Source: Candidatus Anstonellales archaeon | GTDB taxonomy: Archaea > Micrarchaeota > Micrarchaeia > Anstonellales > J096 | Direction of reading: 5' to 3' | DNA: 64,000 nucleotides | NCBI GenBank assembly: GCA_038890615.1 | Contig: JAWAFI010000002.1 | Location: 17,488-81,487 of the forward strand | In this document: positions 17,419-26,226 of the stretch, in pieces | Numbering within the stretch: position 1 is the stretch's first letter | Layout: every line of letters starts with the position of its first letter | Made by a program: the position numbers and the translations under genes | The notes under the pieces: model-generated | Told to the model about the DNA's origin: nothing | Database searches by the model: none | Seen by the model: the letters and a program-made list of their open reading frames with translations, nothing else

Positions 17419-17838
17419 ATGCTTGACCAAAAAGACAGGCATATTTTAAACTCCCTTGAAGCAGATGCAAAAACTACGCTCAATAAGCTTTCAAAAGAAT
17501 TAGGCATAAGCATCACTGCGGTAAGGAGGAGGGTTGCAAGGCTGGAGAAGAGTGGCATCATAGAGGGCTACAAGGCAGTTGTGAACAAGCGCCTCTTGGG
17601 GATAAGGACTGCGATAGTTTGCATAAGCACAAAGGAAGGAAGTTATTTAGATGTGATGATGGCACTAAAGAACTACCGCCATGTCAGGAAGGCAACACCT
17701 GCACACGGAGATGGAAACATACTAGCAGTAATTGAAGGGCAAAGCTCTAAGGAGGTTCAGGATGCAATAGCCAGAATAAAAGGGATTGCTGGAATAAAGA
17801 AAGCCAATATGCTAATAATAGAGGAGGCGCTTGCATGA
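17419..17838 (+). CDS. lrp: Lrp/AsnC family transcriptional regulator
   Basis: N-terminal HTH (DRHILNSLEADAKTTLNKLSKELGISITAVRRRVARLEKSGII) plus a C-terminal RAM domain. Confidence 0.8.
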   Translation: MLDQKDRHILNSLEADAKTTLNKLSKELGISITAVRRRVARLEKSGIIEGYKAVVNKRLLGIRTAIVCISTKEGSYLDVMMALKNYRHVRKATPAHGDGNILAVIEGQSSKEVQDAIARIKGIAGIKKANMLIIEEALA

Positions 17839-18548
17839 GCCTGCTTGAGGTAAGGGGCCTTTCAGTAAGCTCAGGGGGGAATGAGATAATAAGCGATGTC
17901 TCGATAGAGGTTAGGAAGGGTGAAATAGTTGCGCTAATAGGCCCAAATGGGAGCGGAAAGAGCACGCTATGCAACGCAATTGCAGGCAAACCTTATGATG
18001 TAATTGGCAGCATATATTTTGAAGGAAGGGATATATTGAAAGATGGGGCAGATAAAAGGGCAAGGATGGGCATTTTGCTTGTGCACCAAAGCATGCCTAT
18101 GCTTGAAGGCATAAAGCTGAGGACGCTGCTAAGCTGGCTTTCTGAGGTGCACGGTGAAGGAATAATAGAGAAAGCAGAGAAAAACGCTGCCAAGGTAGGA
18201 TTTGGCAAGGAGGAATTTGAAAAGGATATTGCCAAGCTTTCAGGAGGGGAAAGAAAAAGGATGGAGATGCTGCTCATGGTCTCCCTGCCATCAAAGCTGG
18301 TTATTATTGACGAGCTGGATTCTGGGCTTGACATAGATGGGCTGAGGGTTGCCTCTGAAATAATAGAGAATATGAAAAAAGAGGAGAAGGGTATATTGAT
18401 AGTATCCCACTACCCTTTCATCCTTGAGAGGCTTCAGCCAGACAGGGTTTACCTTATGGAAAGCGGAAGGATAAAAAAGAGCGGTGGTATGGAGATTGTG
18501 AAAGGGATAAAGGAAAAAGGATATTTGAGGGATGAAAATGGATGTTAA
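17835..18548 (+). CDS. sufC: Fe-S cluster assembly ATPase SufC
   Basis: Walker A GPNGSGKST, ABC signature LSGGERKR and Walker B LVIIDELDSGLD. Confidence 0.85.
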   Translation: MSLLEVRGLSVSSGGNEIISDVSIEVRKGEIVALIGPNGSGKSTLCNAIAGKPYDVIGSIYFEGRDILKDGADKRARMGILLVHQSMPMLEGIKLRTLLSWLSEVHGEGIIEKAEKNAAKVGFGKEEFEKDIAKLSGGERKRMEMLLMVSLPSKLVIIDELDSGLDIDGLRVASEIIENMKKEEKGILIVSHYPFILERLQPDRVYLMESGRIKKSGGMEIVKGIKEKGYLRDENGC

Positions 18549-19722
18549 GAAAATAAGGGAGGACTTCCCTATATTAAAAGAAGTCATCTATTTTGACAAC
18601 GGGGCAACAAGCCAGAAGCCAATTAGCGTAATAAACGCGGTTAGCAATTTTTACAAAGAAACTAATGCTAATGTCCACAGAGGGCTTCACAGGCTTTCTG
18701 AAAAAGCTACCCTCCTTTACGAAAAGTCAAAGGAGGAGGTGGCATCTTTTATAAGGGCAGAAAAGAATGAAATCATATACACGAGGAACGCCACCGAGGG
18801 CTTCAACCTCCTTATGTACTCTTGGGGGATGGAGAATGTAAAGGAAGGCGATGATATTGTCATAAGCATCGCAGAGCACCACAGCAACATGCTCCCGTGG
18901 AGGACCCTTGCTGAGAAAAAAGGAGCAACATTGAAGTACATAGATGTTGATGAGGAAGGAAATTTCAATAAAAGAGATATTGAAAAGATTAGCAGGAAGA
19001 CAAAAATATTGGCGCTTACCATGCAGTCAAATGTAATAGGGAAGAAGAGCAACTTCCATGATTTTGTAAAGGCAGGAAAGGAAAGCGGGGCATTTGTGGT
19101 TCTTGATGGGGCGCAGTATGTACCCCACCACAAGCTTGATGTAAGGAAAACAGAAGCAGATGCAATAGCATTCACAGGCCACAAGATGCTTGCAGAAACA
19201 GGAATAGGAGTACTATGGGTAAAAAAGGAGTGGCTTGAAAAAATGGGGCCATTCATGTATGGAGGGGATATGATAAAAGAGGCAAGCTTAAGCAGGGTTA
19301 CTTGGAATGAGCTGCCTTACAAGTTTGAGGCAGGAACGCCACACATTTCAGGGGCAATATCAATTGGAGAAGCAGTAAAATACCTAAAGGCGATCGGCAT
19401 GGAGAACATAGAAGAGCACGAGAAAAAGCTTGCTTCAAAGCTAGTAGGGGCAATAGAAGGGGCTGGCCTTGACATTATAGGGGGCAAAGACAAGGAATGC
19501 CTTGCGAGCTTTACATCTGAAAAGATACACCCCCACGACTTGGCTGCCCTTCTTTCAGAATACAACATAGCAGTAAGGAGCGGCTTCCACTGCGCCCAGC
19601 CCCTCCATGAGAGGTATGGAAAGAAAAATGGGAGCACCAGGGCGAGCCTTTACTTCTACAATACAGAGGAAGAGGTCAAGGTTTTTGGAGAACGGCTCCA
19701 GGAAACAATGGGGATGCTCTGA
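18532..19722 (+). CDS. sufS: Cysteine desulfurase SufS (class V aminotransferase)
   Basis: PLP-lysine context FTGHKM, an N-terminal FDNGATSQKP, and the catalytic-Cys region near the C-terminus. Confidence 0.85.
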   Translation: MKMDVKKIREDFPILKEVIYFDNGATSQKPISVINAVSNFYKETNANVHRGLHRLSEKATLLYEKSKEEVASFIRAEKNEIIYTRNATEGFNLLMYSWGMENVKEGDDIVISIAEHHSNMLPWRTLAEKKGATLKYIDVDEEGNFNKRDIEKISRKTKILALTMQSNVIGKKSNFHDFVKAGKESGAFVVLDGAQYVPHHKLDVRKTEADAIAFTGHKMLAETGIGVLWVKKEWLEKMGPFMYGGDMIKEASLSRVTWNELPYKFEAGTPHISGAISIGEAVKYLKAIGMENIEEHEKKLASKLVGAIEGAGLDIIGGKDKECLASFTSEKIHPHDLAALLSEYNIAVRSGFHCAQPLHERYGKKNGSTRASLYFYNTEEEVKVFGERLQETMGML

Positions 19723-20093
19723 TGGACAAAGAAGAGATGTTCAGGATCTACAGGCAAAGGAAGAATTTCAGAAAGGTGGATGGGTTAAGGCTGGAAGGGG
19801 CAAACCCCCTATGCGGGGACTCTTTTGCCTTAAGCATCAAGGTTAAAAAAGGAGTAATCAAGGATGTTGGCATTGAAGGAAGCGGTTGCATGCTGAGCAG
19901 CGTTTCTGCATCTCTTCTTGCTGAATACCTTAAGGGAAAAAAGGTTGAAGAGGCAAAAAAGCTTAAAGAAGATGATATGTACAGAATAGTGGGAATTGAC
20001 ATGAGCCACAACCCTGTCAGGGCAAAGTGCCTCTTGCTCCCACTGCACATTTTAAAAACGATGGGAATGAACAACAATTATGAAAAGAATTAA
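19722..20093 (+). CDS. sufU: SufU/IscU-like Fe-S scaffold or sulfur acceptor
   Basis: Three conserved Cys contexts (NPLCGD, GSGCMLS, RAKCLL). Confidence 0.7.
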   Translation: MDKEEMFRIYRQRKNFRKVDGLRLEGANPLCGDSFALSIKVKKGVIKDVGIEGSGCMLSSVSASLLAEYLKGKKVEEAKKLKEDDMYRIVGIDMSHNPVRAKCLLLPLHILKTMGMNNNYEKN

Positions 20094-20604
20094 GGATGCG
20101 ATTGAACGAAAGCTCTGTGAAAAGGAAAAAAAGTGGAAAGATATGGAGATCATTACACCTGAGATGGAAAGGGAAGAGATTAGGAGATTAATAACAGCAA
20201 GGTGCATGACTTACGATACTTATAGAATAATAGAGCCTCTCTTAGCCAGAATGGAAAAAAACCTTGAGAATGTGGCTATTATCTCTTCTCTGCTTAAAGA
20301 TTCCTTTTCTCCTGTTAAGATTAACGCAGGGATGGCCCTTCTAATAGGGTGCCAAATAGGAATAAACATAGAAAAGGCAATGCCAGATGTAGTTGAAGCG
20401 CTTGAAGACAAAGAACCTAGGGTTAGGTCAATAGCAGCATCAATAATAAGGGAAATGGCAATCAAGGGCTATAAGGCGAAGAAGTGGCTCTTGGAAACAC
20501 TTAAGGCATATGCCCAATACGATCCTGACAAGGATGTGCAACTTTCTTGCGCAATGGCGCTTAGGGCAATTGAGTTGCAGAAAGAGGGCAACAATTATGG
20601 ATAG
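20080..20604 (+). CDS. HEAT (PBS-lyase-like) repeat protein
   Basis: Repeats EPRVRSIAASIIREMA and DKDVQLSCAMALRAI. Overlaps sufU by 14 nt. Confidence 0.5.
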   Translation: MKRIKDAIERKLCEKEKKWKDMEIITPEMEREEIRRLITARCMTYDTYRIIEPLLARMEKNLENVAIISSLLKDSFSPVKINAGMALLIGCQIGINIEKAMPDVVEALEDKEPRVRSIAASIIREMAIKGYKAKKWLLETLKAYAQYDPDKDVQLSCAMALRAIELQKEGNNYG

Positions 20605-21334
20605 GAAAAAAGAGAGCACGAAGTCGTTAGGCAACATACTAAGAAACTCGCTTAAAAAGGCGAAGGAAGTGTTCAATGTCAAAAAGCTCTATGAACAAGA
20701 GGATGGCATTCATTACAACTATCTCAACGACATGAAAAAATCAGCAGAAGCGATAAAGAAATTTGCAAGCATGCTCAACTCAAAAATAAAGGAAAGAAGG
20801 AACAAGGCATCAAATCTCTTTTTTTATGCTGCGAACACTGAGATCAATCTGCTTGTAGGGAAAGAAGAATTTATTAAGGCGCTCAGCTCAAGCGAAACTA
20901 ATGTAAGAAGGGTTGCATCAAGATGCCTAGAGAAAATAGCTGCTGAAGAAAACAGCATAGCTGAAGCGCTTCCTACATTAATATCAATAGCATCTGATAG
21001 GTCTGAAAACGACGAAGAAACCAGGCAGTTGGCCATTTTGGCAATTGCAAGCTCTGCAAAAGCAGGTGATGATATAAGCGCTGCATTTGAGGTGCTAAGG
21101 CAGGGCTTGCACAGCAATTACATAAGCATAAGGCAGGCATGTTCGCTTGCTCTCTACTATGCTGCCATAAATCAAAAGACCTCTAAGGCTTCTATAAAAA
21201 TCCTGGCAGAGGCCTGCAAGAGCAGTGAGGACAATGCAGACTACTTCGCTAGAGGAGTAATTTCTGAATTGCTCAAGAAGGGCGGCGAGAATATAAATGA
21301 TGCAATAAAGGATGAAATTGGCACTATAAGCTAG
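20597..21334 (+). CDS. HEAT (PBS-lyase-like) repeat protein
   Basis: ATG at 20597 (MDRKKES...). Repeats ETNVRRVASRCLEKIA, DEETRQLAILAIASSA and YISIRQACSLALYYAA. Confidence 0.5.
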   Translation: MDRKKESTKSLGNILRNSLKKAKEVFNVKKLYEQEDGIHYNYLNDMKKSAEAIKKFASMLNSKIKERRNKASNLFFYAANTEINLLVGKEEFIKALSSSETNVRRVASRCLEKIAAEENSIAEALPTLISIASDRSENDEETRQLAILAIASSAKAGDDISAAFEVLRQGLHSNYISIRQACSLALYYAAINQKTSKASIKILAEACKSSEDNADYFARGVISELLKKGGENINDAIKDEIGTIS

Positions 21335-21347
21335 CATAAGCCAGAGA

Positions 21348-21431
21348 TGCAGGGGGTGGGGTTCGAACCCACGCAGCCACTAAGGCACAGGATCCTAAGT
21401 CCTGCGCGTTTGACCGCTCCGCCACCCCTGC
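21348..21431 (-). tRNA. tRNA-Leu (anticodon TAG), type II with long variable arm
   Basis: Reverse complement GCAGGGG...CCCCTGC A. Three-bp D-stem GCG/CGC, anticodon stem CAGGA/TCCTG with loop CTTAGGA, a 16-nt variable arm, and T-arm GTGGG-TTCGAAC-CCCAC. Confidence 0.85.
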
Positions 21432-21522
21432 GGCATAAAATTAGGCATTGCATTTAAAATAATGCTTTGCACAGGCGCCTTGGCTCCGCTCTGCTTTAAA
21501 AGCTAACCTAGCATTCATTCCC

Positions 21523-22296
21523 ATGCAAAATCTCTTAATATCTTACATTCCCTGCCGCACCCCCACCTTAAGGTACTGGGGGGATTCCCAAAGCCCTCTA
21601 TCTATAGAGCTTAAGCCCCGATCTTTCATTTCCATTAAATTCTACGATTCAGTTCACTGCGTTGGATGGAATGACGAGCATGGTGAGCACAGATGCCCGA
21701 ATAGCGCAGTTAATACAAAGCAGTGCCCCACCTGCAGGTCGCGAGACATACTAAGGGCATATGCATCTGCTGATTTTGCAGGGTTAGAGCATCTTAAGGA
21801 AAGAATAAACAATGTCCCAACCTCATTGTACTTGGCACTTTTTGGGGATGTTGTAAAGTGCGGCATAACTGCCACAAGCAGGGTTGAAGCGCGCCTTGCT
21901 GAGCAGGGAGCAGATATGTACGCAGAGTTGATGCGCTTCCCAACAAGGGAGGAGGCACGTAGAATGGAACTGCTAATATCCTCAGAATTCGGGATCACTG
22001 AGCGTGTTATGCTCAATGAAAAGATTGAATGCATATCGCTTTCAGCAGATGAAACAAAGCTCCGGGATGCAATAGCGCAGATACGCGAAAGGGAGCCCTT
22101 TTCCTCTTTTGTCATGCCCTCGGTTTCAATAAAAAGGATTGATTACAACCTCCCAGAAAAAGCCTCGCTTTCATGGAAGCCTTCAGGAGAAGTGCTTGGA
22201 GCAAAGGGGGTTTTTCTTTTCATAAAGAAGGACGGAGAAAATTACTTTGTGCCAATGCACTCTTTCAAGGGGCACCTTTTTGATTTTACTCCCTGA
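21523..22296 (+). CDS. Hypothetical protein with N-terminal zinc-ribbon-like Cys/His cluster
   Basis: Contains HCVGWNDEHGEHRCPNSAVNTKQCPTCRSRD. A downstream segment SLYLALFGDVVKCGITATSRVEARLAEQ is faintly GIY-YIG-like. Confidence 0.35.
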   Translation: MQNLLISYIPCRTPTLRYWGDSQSPLSIELKPRSFISIKFYDSVHCVGWNDEHGEHRCPNSAVNTKQCPTCRSRDILRAYASADFAGLEHLKERINNVPTSLYLALFGDVVKCGITATSRVEARLAEQGADMYAELMRFPTREEARRMELLISSEFGITERVMLNEKIECISLSADETKLRDAIAQIREREPFSSFVMPSVSIKRIDYNLPEKASLSWKPSGEVLGAKGVFLFIKKDGENYFVPMHSFKGHLFDFTP

Positions 22297-22993
22297 TTGC
22301 CTCATATGCCTCCTTGCTCTTCCCTGAGAAATGGCTTGATAAGAAGTTCCCTATATGGAATGCTAAGTACTTTACATAACCCCATTTTCTCAGTCTCCTC
22401 AGCGAAACAAAGCACTTTGCCTTTGGGTCATACTTAACCCCCCCAACCTTCCTCAGCCTCTTTATTATATCAACCTCTTCTGCTGTCATTATGTCCCTAT
22501 TGAAGCCCCCTGCCTTTTTGTATGCCCTCCTGCTGAAGACTAGGTTGTCAGCAGCTGCATAGTCCAGCCCTAGCAGATTAAGAATGGTTGCAAGAAGGTT
22601 GAGCACCTCTGCCCCAAGATTCTCAATGAAATTGCCATCAAGCGCATAGATCGAGCCAATTACGCCTGCATAGCCCTCTTTTACTATTGCATCGCCTACC
22701 CTCTGAAGCCACCCTTGAGGGTAGATTGTATCTGCGCTTGCGCTTATTAGTATCTCACCCCGAGAGTTTATCATCCCTATCTTCCTTGCGTATGGTATGC
22801 CCTCTGTTTCAACTTCAATTACTTTGCAACCCATCCTTTGCGCTATCTCTGCTGTCTTATCCGTGCTCTTCTTATCAACGACTATTACTTCAATGTCATA
22901 ATCAGATTCCTGCCCAAATATGCTCTTTAAGGTCATAGGAAGGTTTTTTTCTTCATTGTATGTCGGTATCACTATGCTTGCTAGTTTTTTCAC
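22286..22993 (-). CDS. Family 2 glycosyltransferase
   Basis: N-terminal SIVIPTYNEEKNL and a DxD-type region (VVDKKSTD) typical of GT2. Confidence 0.75.
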   Translation of the reverse strand: MKKLASIVIPTYNEEKNLPMTLKSIFGQESDYDIEVIVVDKKSTDKTAEIAQRMGCKVIEVETEGIPYARKIGMINSRGEILISASADTIYPQGWLQRVGDAIVKEGYAGVIGSIYALDGNFIENLGAEVLNLLATILNLLGLDYAAADNLVFSRRAYKKAGGFNRDIMTAEEVDIIKRLRKVGGVKYDPKAKCFVSLRRLRKWGYVKYLAFHIGNFLSSHFSGKSKEAYEAIRE

Positions 22994-23042
22994 ATGCCTT
23001 TTTCCAGTTCAATATTTAAATTCATTTCCCATAATCCCCCTG

Positions 23043-23666
23043 ATGCAAGGAAGCCTTATCCAAAAAATAATACGCCTGAAAAAAAGCAGTACTTCTCGCT
23101 TAGCCAAAAAGAGAATGAAAGAGTTCCAATCTATAAGAAAAAAAGGCATAAATGCCATCTTCAAGGAACTTTGCTTCTGCATCCTTACTGCAAATTTCAG
23201 CGCAGAAGGAGGCATTCGCATACAAAAAGCAATAGGCGACGGCTTCCTGACAATGGGCGAAAAGGAGCTTGCAAAGGCCCTACGCTCAAATGGCTACCGC
23301 TTTCCTAATACAAGGGCCTTGTACATAGCAAAAGCCAGAGAAAAGATGCCAGAGCTTAAGAAAGCCCTATCAATGGAACCAAAGGAATTGCGCTATTGGC
23401 TTATTAAGAACATATATGGTTTGGGATATAAAGAGGCGAGCCACTTCCTCCGCAACATAGGATTCAATGATTTTGCAATAATAGATTTCCACATAGTTGA
23501 CCTATTAGTTTCAGAAGGGCTAATTCGAAAGCCAAGATCCATTACCCCAAAAAAGTACTTAAAAATTGAAAACAAGCTGAAGGAAATTGCAAAGGAAGTT
23601 GGCTTAACTTTAGGAGAGCTTGATTTGTATCTGTGGTATCTTTCTACTGGAAAAATCCTAAAATAA
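23043..23666 (+). CDS. ogg: N-glycosylase/DNA lyase, archaeal Ogg2-type (HhH-GPD)
   Basis: From the internal ATG (MQGSLIQK) the protein is 207 aa. HhH motif GLGYKEASHFLRNIG followed by AIIDFHI, and an LTANFSAE region. Confidence 0.65.
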   Translation: MQGSLIQKIIRLKKSSTSRLAKKRMKEFQSIRKKGINAIFKELCFCILTANFSAEGGIRIQKAIGDGFLTMGEKELAKALRSNGYRFPNTRALYIAKAREKMPELKKALSMEPKELRYWLIKNIYGLGYKEASHFLRNIGFNDFAIIDFHIVDLLVSEGLIRKPRSITPKKYLKIENKLKEIAKEVGLTLGELDLYLWYLSTGKILK

Positions 23667-23799
23667 CCATCTGTATAATCTTAGTTTCCTTCTCCCATTT
23701 CTTAACTAAATAATAAGTCTCTAAGCCCTTTTTAACCTTAATTACCGAGCAATTCCCCAACCAATTCTTCTAAACCTTTTTCAACCGTTTCTAAGTCAT

Positions 23800-24354
23800 T
23801 TATCGTTCTTTTTTTTTGAATTTATTCAGCATCTCATTTAATGTGAAAAGCGAAATGCCAACAACATTAAAGTAATCCCCTTCTATTCTTTCTATAAGCA
23901 GAGCCCCAATTCCTTGTGCCCCAAATGCACCTGCCTTGTCTAGCGGCTCTCCTGTTGCGATATAATTTTTAATATCTTTTTTGCCCATCCTTTTCATCTT
24001 TACTTTAGTAACTACTACTTTTACTTCTTTTAACTGATCTTTTACTACTGCGATTCCCCCGTACACCTTAATCCACTTGCCAGATATTTTCTTGAGAATT
24101 TTTTCAGCCTCCTTCTTATTTTTCGGCTTTCCTAAAATCTTTCCTGAATAAACAACTGTATCAGCCCCAACCACTATTTTGCCTTTGTACCTCGTGGCAA
24201 CTTCTTCAGCTTTGCCGAGCGCATTAGCAGCCACTGTTTCTTCCGGAGTCCTGAGCATTTTCTCTGGAAACCTGCTTCTTACACACCTGATTTTCCAAAA
24301 CTTCCTCAAAAGCATCCTCCTGCGTGGGGATGTTGATGCTAGCATTATCTCCAT
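23800..24354 (-). CDS. maf: Maf/Ham1-type nucleoside triphosphate pyrophosphatase (septum formation protein Maf)
   Basis: LASTSPRR motif near the N-terminus and GADTVV downstream. Confidence 0.75.
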   Translation of the reverse strand: MEIMLASTSPRRRMLLRKFWKIRCVRSRFPEKMLRTPEETVAANALGKAEEVATRYKGKIVVGADTVVYSGKILGKPKNKKEAEKILKKISGKWIKVYGGIAVVKDQLKEVKVVVTKVKMKRMGKKDIKNYIATGEPLDKAGAFGAQGIGALLIERIEGDYFNVVGISLFTLNEMLNKFKKKER

Positions 24355-24357
24355 GCT

Positions 24358-25017
24358 TCATTCACTCTTTCTTTTAATATATGTTTTTCTTGCAGGGCAC
24401 CATTTTATCTTGCACTGATTGCAGAGTGGCTTGGGCTTGCAAACTGTTTGCCCATATCCAACAAATGCCCTGTTCAGCCTTCTCCAAAATCTCCTTGGGA
24501 ATATCTTCTTCAGCCCTTTTTCTGTTTCTGCAGGTTTTTTTGTTTTCACAAGCCCTAGCCTGTTTGAAATTCTGTGAACGTGCGTATCCACTCCTATCTC
24601 TTCCTTTCCCAACATTCCAAGAATTACATTCCTGCTTTTCCTCCCAATCCCATCTAATTCTAAAAAGTCTTCAGGCATTCCCTCATTTACCACCCTTTTT
24701 GAGTTTGTTATCAGCCATTTTGCTTTCTGCCTATAAAATCCAACAGGGTAAATAAGTGCTGCAACCTCTTCTTCCGGGATTTTTGCAAGCTTCTCAAAGC
24801 TACCTGCTTTTCTAAACAACCTCTTTGCTGCAGCAATGCTTATATTATCTTTTGTGCGCGAGCTGAGAAGGACAAAAACAATCGCTCTAAAGATGCTTTT
24901 TCTGACGATCTTTCCAACATTGTAAACAGGCGCCTTCCTTGCCTTCCCCTCCATCTCCATTATTTCCACAATTTCCTCCAATATCTTTTTTTCCTTACTC
25001 ATAAAAATACCAATCAA
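24358..25017 (-). CDS. nth: Endonuclease III (Nth), HhH-GPD with 4Fe-4S cluster
   Basis: HhH (LDGIGRKSRNVILG), a catalytic-type Asp (GVDTHVHRI) and a C-terminal Cys cluster CKPKPLCNQCKIKWC. Confidence 0.8.
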   Translation of the reverse strand: MIGIFMSKEKKILEEIVEIMEMEGKARKAPVYNVGKIVRKSIFRAIVFVLLSSRTKDNISIAAAKRLFRKAGSFEKLAKIPEEEVAALIYPVGFYRQKAKWLITNSKRVVNEGMPEDFLELDGIGRKSRNVILGMLGKEEIGVDTHVHRISNRLGLVKTKKPAETEKGLKKIFPRRFWRRLNRAFVGYGQTVCKPKPLCNQCKIKWCPARKTYIKRKSE

Positions 25018-25090
25018 AAGCTGTTTTTAACCTTTCCCACCCTTTAAAGTTGTTATTTTTTAAGTTATTTTTACGAGAGAAAAGGAAACC

Positions 25091-25100
25091 TATATAAATA
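25091..25100 (+). promoter_or_regulatory. TATA-box-like element upstream of ftsZ1
   Basis: tatataaata lies about 40 nt upstream of the ATG at 25138. aggtga sits 5 nt upstream of the ATG. Confidence 0.35.
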
Positions 25101-25137
25101 TGCGCTTAATAATAACCACTGCGACCAGGTGATAGGT

Positions 25138-26223
25138 ATGGAAGATTTGATAAGATCAGTAACTAAATCTGGATTTGAAGGGGCTAAAGCAGAAGACAGC
25201 GGAAACATTGACAGTTCTGATACTATAAAAATAGTAACAGTAGGGGTTGGTGGTGGAGGGAACAACACTATCAACAGGCTAGTGAAGCTAGGGGTCAAAG
25301 GCTCTGAGCTTTGCGCTGTTAACACGGATGCCCAGCACTTAAAGCTTATGCACGAGAGTGTTAAGAAGATACTCATAGGGAAGAGCATAACAAGGGGGCT
25401 TGGGGCAGGAGGAGACCCTGACATAGGAGCAAAAGCTGCTGAAGTTGACAGGGCATCCTTAGAGAAAGCAGTTGAAGGGGCACACTTAGTTTTCATTTGC
25501 GCAGGCGCTGGAGGAGGAACAGGAAGCGGGGCAGCGCCGGTAGTTGCGCAGATCGCAAAAGAGCAAGGCGCGATTACCGTAGCGATGGTCACTTATCCGT
25601 TTGCCTTGGAAAGAGTAAGGAGAAAAAAAGCAGATGAAACTATAGCAAAGCTGCAGAAGATTGCTGACTCAGTAATAATACTCGACAACAACAAGCTTGT
25701 TGAGCTTGTTCCAAACCTGCCTATGCAGGACGCTTTTGTTGTTGCAGATGAAATACTTGCAAGGGCCATTTCAGGTCTTGTATGGACAATAACCCAGCCA
25801 TCGCTCGTAAACATCGACTTTGCAGATGTCAGGAGCATCATGAAAGATGGCGGGGTTGGGTTCATAGCAGTAGGCGAAGGCAAAGGCAACGACAAGGTCA
25901 AGAATGCTGCAGACAGCGTGCTAAAGAACAGGCTGTTGGATGTCGATTTCGAGGGTGCAAAAGGAGCGCTTATCCACATTTCAGGCGGCCCAGACCTAAC
26001 TCTAGGAGATGCAGTCAAGGCAGGTGAGCTTATAACTGAGAGGATGGACCCTGACGCAAATGTAAAGTGGGGCGCAAGGCTTGTCAGCAACTATGAAGGC
26101 AAGATGGAGGTTGTGGCTATCGTTACAGGCGTAAAGGGCGCAAGCGTTGGCGGCAAATCGTTGTCTGACCAGCAAGAAGCAGCTTTCCTTGGCTCTACTG
26201 GAGATTTAGATATGCTAGGCTGA
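25138..26223 (+). CDS. ftsZ: Cell division GTPase FtsZ (paralogue 1)
   Basis: GGGGNN nucleotide-binding loop, tubulin signature GGGTGSGAAPVVA and T7 loop NIDFADV. The ATG at 25138 is preferred over the ORF-track GTG at 25129. Confidence 0.9.
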   Translation: MEDLIRSVTKSGFEGAKAEDSGNIDSSDTIKIVTVGVGGGGNNTINRLVKLGVKGSELCAVNTDAQHLKLMHESVKKILIGKSITRGLGAGGDPDIGAKAAEVDRASLEKAVEGAHLVFICAGAGGGTGSGAAPVVAQIAKEQGAITVAMVTYPFALERVRRKKADETIAKLQKIADSVIILDNNKLVELVPNLPMQDAFVVADEILARAISGLVWTITQPSLVNIDFADVRSIMKDGGVGFIAVGEGKGNDKVKNAADSVLKNRLLDVDFEGAKGALIHISGGPDLTLGDAVKAGELITERMDPDANVKWGARLVSNYEGKMEVVAIVTGVKGASVGGKSLSDQQEAAFLGSTGDLDMLG

Positions 26224-26226
26224 ACT

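Noticed and set aside
21335-22296. Integrated mobile element at tRNA-Leu or tRNA-Pro
   Set aside because: No integrase, excisionase pair, direct-repeat attachment site duplicate of the tRNA 3' end, or compositional shift was seen. Flanking genes are ordinary chromosomal genes.
23807-23817. Oligo-T run as an archaeal terminator for ogg
   Set aside because: The T-run lies inside the 3' coding end of minus-strand maf (it encodes Lys codons on that strand), about 140 nt past the ogg stop. It cannot be separated from coding constraint.
25593-26090. 165-aa minus-strand ORF and an Arg-rich + ORF (25782-26027) inside ftsZ1
   Set aside because: They fully overlap a high-confidence FtsZ gene and have biased low-complexity composition, so they are spurious.
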